Part shown: positions 46,288 to 48,221 of the stretch, in pieces | Layout of the letters: the number at the start of each line of letters is the position of its first letter | How positions within the stretch are numbered: position 1 is the stretch's first letter | From: Chthonomonadales bacterium | Lineage (GTDB): Bacteria > Armatimonadota > Chthonomonadetes > Chthonomonadales > CAJBBX01 | Assembly (NCBI GenBank): GCA_049967475.1 | Contig: JBMFSQ010000009.1 | Span: forward strand, 1 to 48,221 | Reading direction: 5' to 3' | Length of the DNA: 48,221 nt | Position numbers and translations under genes: made by a program | The notes under the pieces: generated by a model | The model's input: the letters and a program-made list of their open reading frames with translations, nothing else | Database searches by the model: none | What the model was told of the DNA's origin: nothing

Positions 46288-47631
46288 ATGGATCGAGCAG
46301 TAATCACCGGCTTACGTACGGCATTAGCAGCAGGCGTATTCGTTGCCGTGGCTGCTGTTCTTCTGCATCGCAGTTCCGGAGCTCCGGCCCCGCCTCAGCG
46401 GGCCGCCGCCTCCCCGCCGGCCATCGCTGCATCCAGCCCCCAGAAGATTACTCCGCCGCTGCTTGCAGAGAAAGCCTGCATCTATCGAAATTGGCGCACC
46501 TTTACCACCAAAGACGGCCTTCCTTCTAACGAATGTAAGGCCATTCGGGTAGACACGGACCGCATCTGGGTGGGCACGGACCAAGGGCTGGCGCGCTACG
46601 AAAACGGCAAATGGTCTACCCTGGGTGTGAAGGCTGGTCTGCCCCACCGCATCGTCCTCTCGCTCGACGTGGATCCTCGCACGGATGACCTGTGGGTGGG
46701 CACATGCGGCGGGTTGGCCCGCGTGAGTGGCGGCACCGTTGCCGAGACCTTCAACCAGCTCAATAGTGGGCTTCCCAACGACGTGGTATACGGCATCGCG
46801 TGCTACGGGGACGATGTGTGGTGCGCTACTGCATCCGGCGTGGGCCGCTTCAACACACGAACGCGCCAATGGGCTCTCTATAACGTCAACAACACCATCA
46901 TGTTCGAGCCGTGGTCTTATGCCATAAGCGCTGCCGACAACATGGTCTACGTCGGCGTGTGGGGTGGCGGCGTAGTGGAATACAACCTGAACACCCGCAT
47001 GTGGCGCGATTACCACGACCCGGACGGCGAACTAGAGACGTGTCTATTCAAAGACGCAGGGCTCGTGCACGAGGTGATCCCTGCCGTGTCCTACAGCCGG
47101 GGGCTCCTGTGGGCCGGCAGCTACTTCGGATTGAGCACCTACGATGGCCGCCACTGGAAGAACTACTTCAAGAAGGATAGTGGCCTGGCCAGCGACTTCA
47201 CCAATTTCGTTCGAGCCAATGGCCGCGTGGGATGGATCTGCACGGACGACGGCCTCAGCGCCTTCGACGGAGCCCGCTGGATCACGTACCGCCGTACGCC
47301 AAAGGGAGGCGAGATGCGCATCCAGGAGCCGCCGGCATCCCCCCGTGTATTCCACCTCACCCGTACGCTCCCGGGGAATTACTGCGAAGGAGTGGACTTC
47401 AGAGGTGATGAAGTGTGGGTGGCCACTGCCTCGGGTGTCGCCTTGGGGCGCGCACAGGGTTCCACCGGACCATCCCTCGAAACAACGGCGAGCGCGCATG
47501 CGCACGCACGCGCTAAGCAGCCTGCGATGGCTGCCCCGCACAGCGAAGCCACGGTGCACAGGGCGACCGGCATCCGCCTTCCGCCCTTCCGTGCTTCATA
47601 CGGCACAAAAACACGAAGGAGCATTCAATGA
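46288..47631 (+). CDS. exported two-component-regulator-propeller (Reg_prop) repeat protein without kinase domain
   Basis: N-terminal TM; repeats FTTKDGLPSN..IWVGTDQGL, GLPHR..LWVGT, SGLPND..VWCAT, SGLASD. Confidence 0.85.
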   Translation: MDRAVITGLRTALAAGVFVAVAAVLLHRSSGAPAPPQRAAASPPAIAASSPQKITPPLLAEKACIYRNWRTFTTKDGLPSNECKAIRVDTDRIWVGTDQGLARYENGKWSTLGVKAGLPHRIVLSLDVDPRTDDLWVGTCGGLARVSGGTVAETFNQLNSGLPNDVVYGIACYGDDVWCATASGVGRFNTRTRQWALYNVNNTIMFEPWSYAISAADNMVYVGVWGGGVVEYNLNTRMWRDYHDPDGELETCLFKDAGLVHEVIPAVSYSRGLLWAGSYFGLSTYDGRHWKNYFKKDSGLASDFTNFVRANGRVGWICTDDGLSAFDGARWITYRRTPKGGEMRIQEPPASPRVFHLTRTLPGNYCEGVDFRGDEVWVATASGVALGRAQGSTGPSLETTASAHAHARAKQPAMAAPHSEATVHRATGIRLPPFRASYGTKTRRSIQ

Positions 47632-48221
47632 CGATGCATGCAGCCGAACCCCACCGCGTGAGCATCCGGAAGCTCTCCGAAGCTGAAGTAGCCGAGATGC
47701 GCGCCTTGGGTCTGCTGGATCCCTTCGGGAACAGCATGGCGCCACCACCATCGCCCATGGAGCGCGGGCTGGCGCGCATTCCGCGAACATCCATGCACGC
47801 ACCCGATGTCCTCAATGAAGCCACCTGCTATACGCGTCCCTCGTCCTTCTCCCGCGGTCTGCGCATCCCGCTCGGTACAGTAGACCTTCTTTTGATATCC
47901 GGCACCGCGAGCGTGGATGACGAGGGCCGAAGTGTCCACGTAGGGGATTTCCGCGCCCAACTCTGGCGCACCTATCGGAATATCACCCGCCTCTTGGAGA
48001 GCGAAGGTGCTACCTGGCATGACGTGGTGCGCACCACCTGCTACCTCAGGGACATCGAGCGCGATTACAGAGACTTCAACGAAATCCGCACTACATTTTT
48101 CTCCTGGCTGGGTCTGGATCCGCTTCCGGCGAGCACCGGCATCCAGGCTCGCCTTTGCCGGGAAGAACTCCTTGTGGAGATCGAGGCCATTGCGATCATC
48201 CCAAGCTCGCGGTCGTCGTAG
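47628..48221 (+). CDS. Rid (YjgF/YER057c/UK114) family protein, FkbO/Hyg5 C-domain-like
   Basis: PSSFSRG, ISGTASVD..G.SVHVGD..AQ, TCYLRD, LCREELLVEIEAIA; ATGA overlap with the upstream stop. Confidence 0.88.
   Translation: MTMHAAEPHRVSIRKLSEAEVAEMRALGLLDPFGNSMAPPPSPMERGLARIPRTSMHAPDVLNEATCYTRPSSFSRGLRIPLGTVDLLLISGTASVDDEGRSVHVGDFRAQLWRTYRNITRLLESEGATWHDVVRTTCYLRDIERDYRDFNEIRTTFFSWLGLDPLPASTGIQARLCREELLVEIEAIAIIPSSRSS

Overview
GC-rich bacterial chromosomal window, densely coding, with no rRNA, tRNA, CRISPR array or recognisable mobile element. Gene content (Tat-exported and lipoproteins, c-type cytochromes, CRTAC1/ASPIC-UnbV proteins, DivIVA, SMC) is compatible with an Armatimonadota-like organism, but that assignment is inference. 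Left to right: (1) a minus-strand redox operon (DUF6599-like, Tat-DUF362, NapH/NapG-like polyferredoxin, two Tat-signal aldo/keto-reductase-fold proteins); (2) an SOS mutagenesis locus (SRAP, dnaE2, divergent imuB-DUF6504 fusion, with a candidate palindromic operator); (3) phnD/phnC without a permease, ferritin, Ycf46-like AAA ATPase, smc; (4) a pseudokinase-TM-Spy/CpxP protein next to DivIVA and NlpC/P60; (5) DsbA, an internally deleted CRTAC1-like gene, TPR, a split CbiX pair, MFS-HEAT, B12 radical SAM, AIM24 and two glycoside hydrolase-like genes. (6) The most notable region is 40.6-48.2 kb. A Crp/Fnr regulator is followed by a perfect FNR-type box at class II spacing, then an operon encoding a compact hydrazine synthase alpha-like protein (CxxCH-x3-Y), a beta-propeller/di-heme peroxidase fusion resembling fused HzsB-HzsC, a CRTAC1 lipoprotein, a Reg_prop propeller and a Rid-family protein. 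This is a candidate uncharacterised hydrazine-synthase-like heme system in an apparently non-anammox genome.
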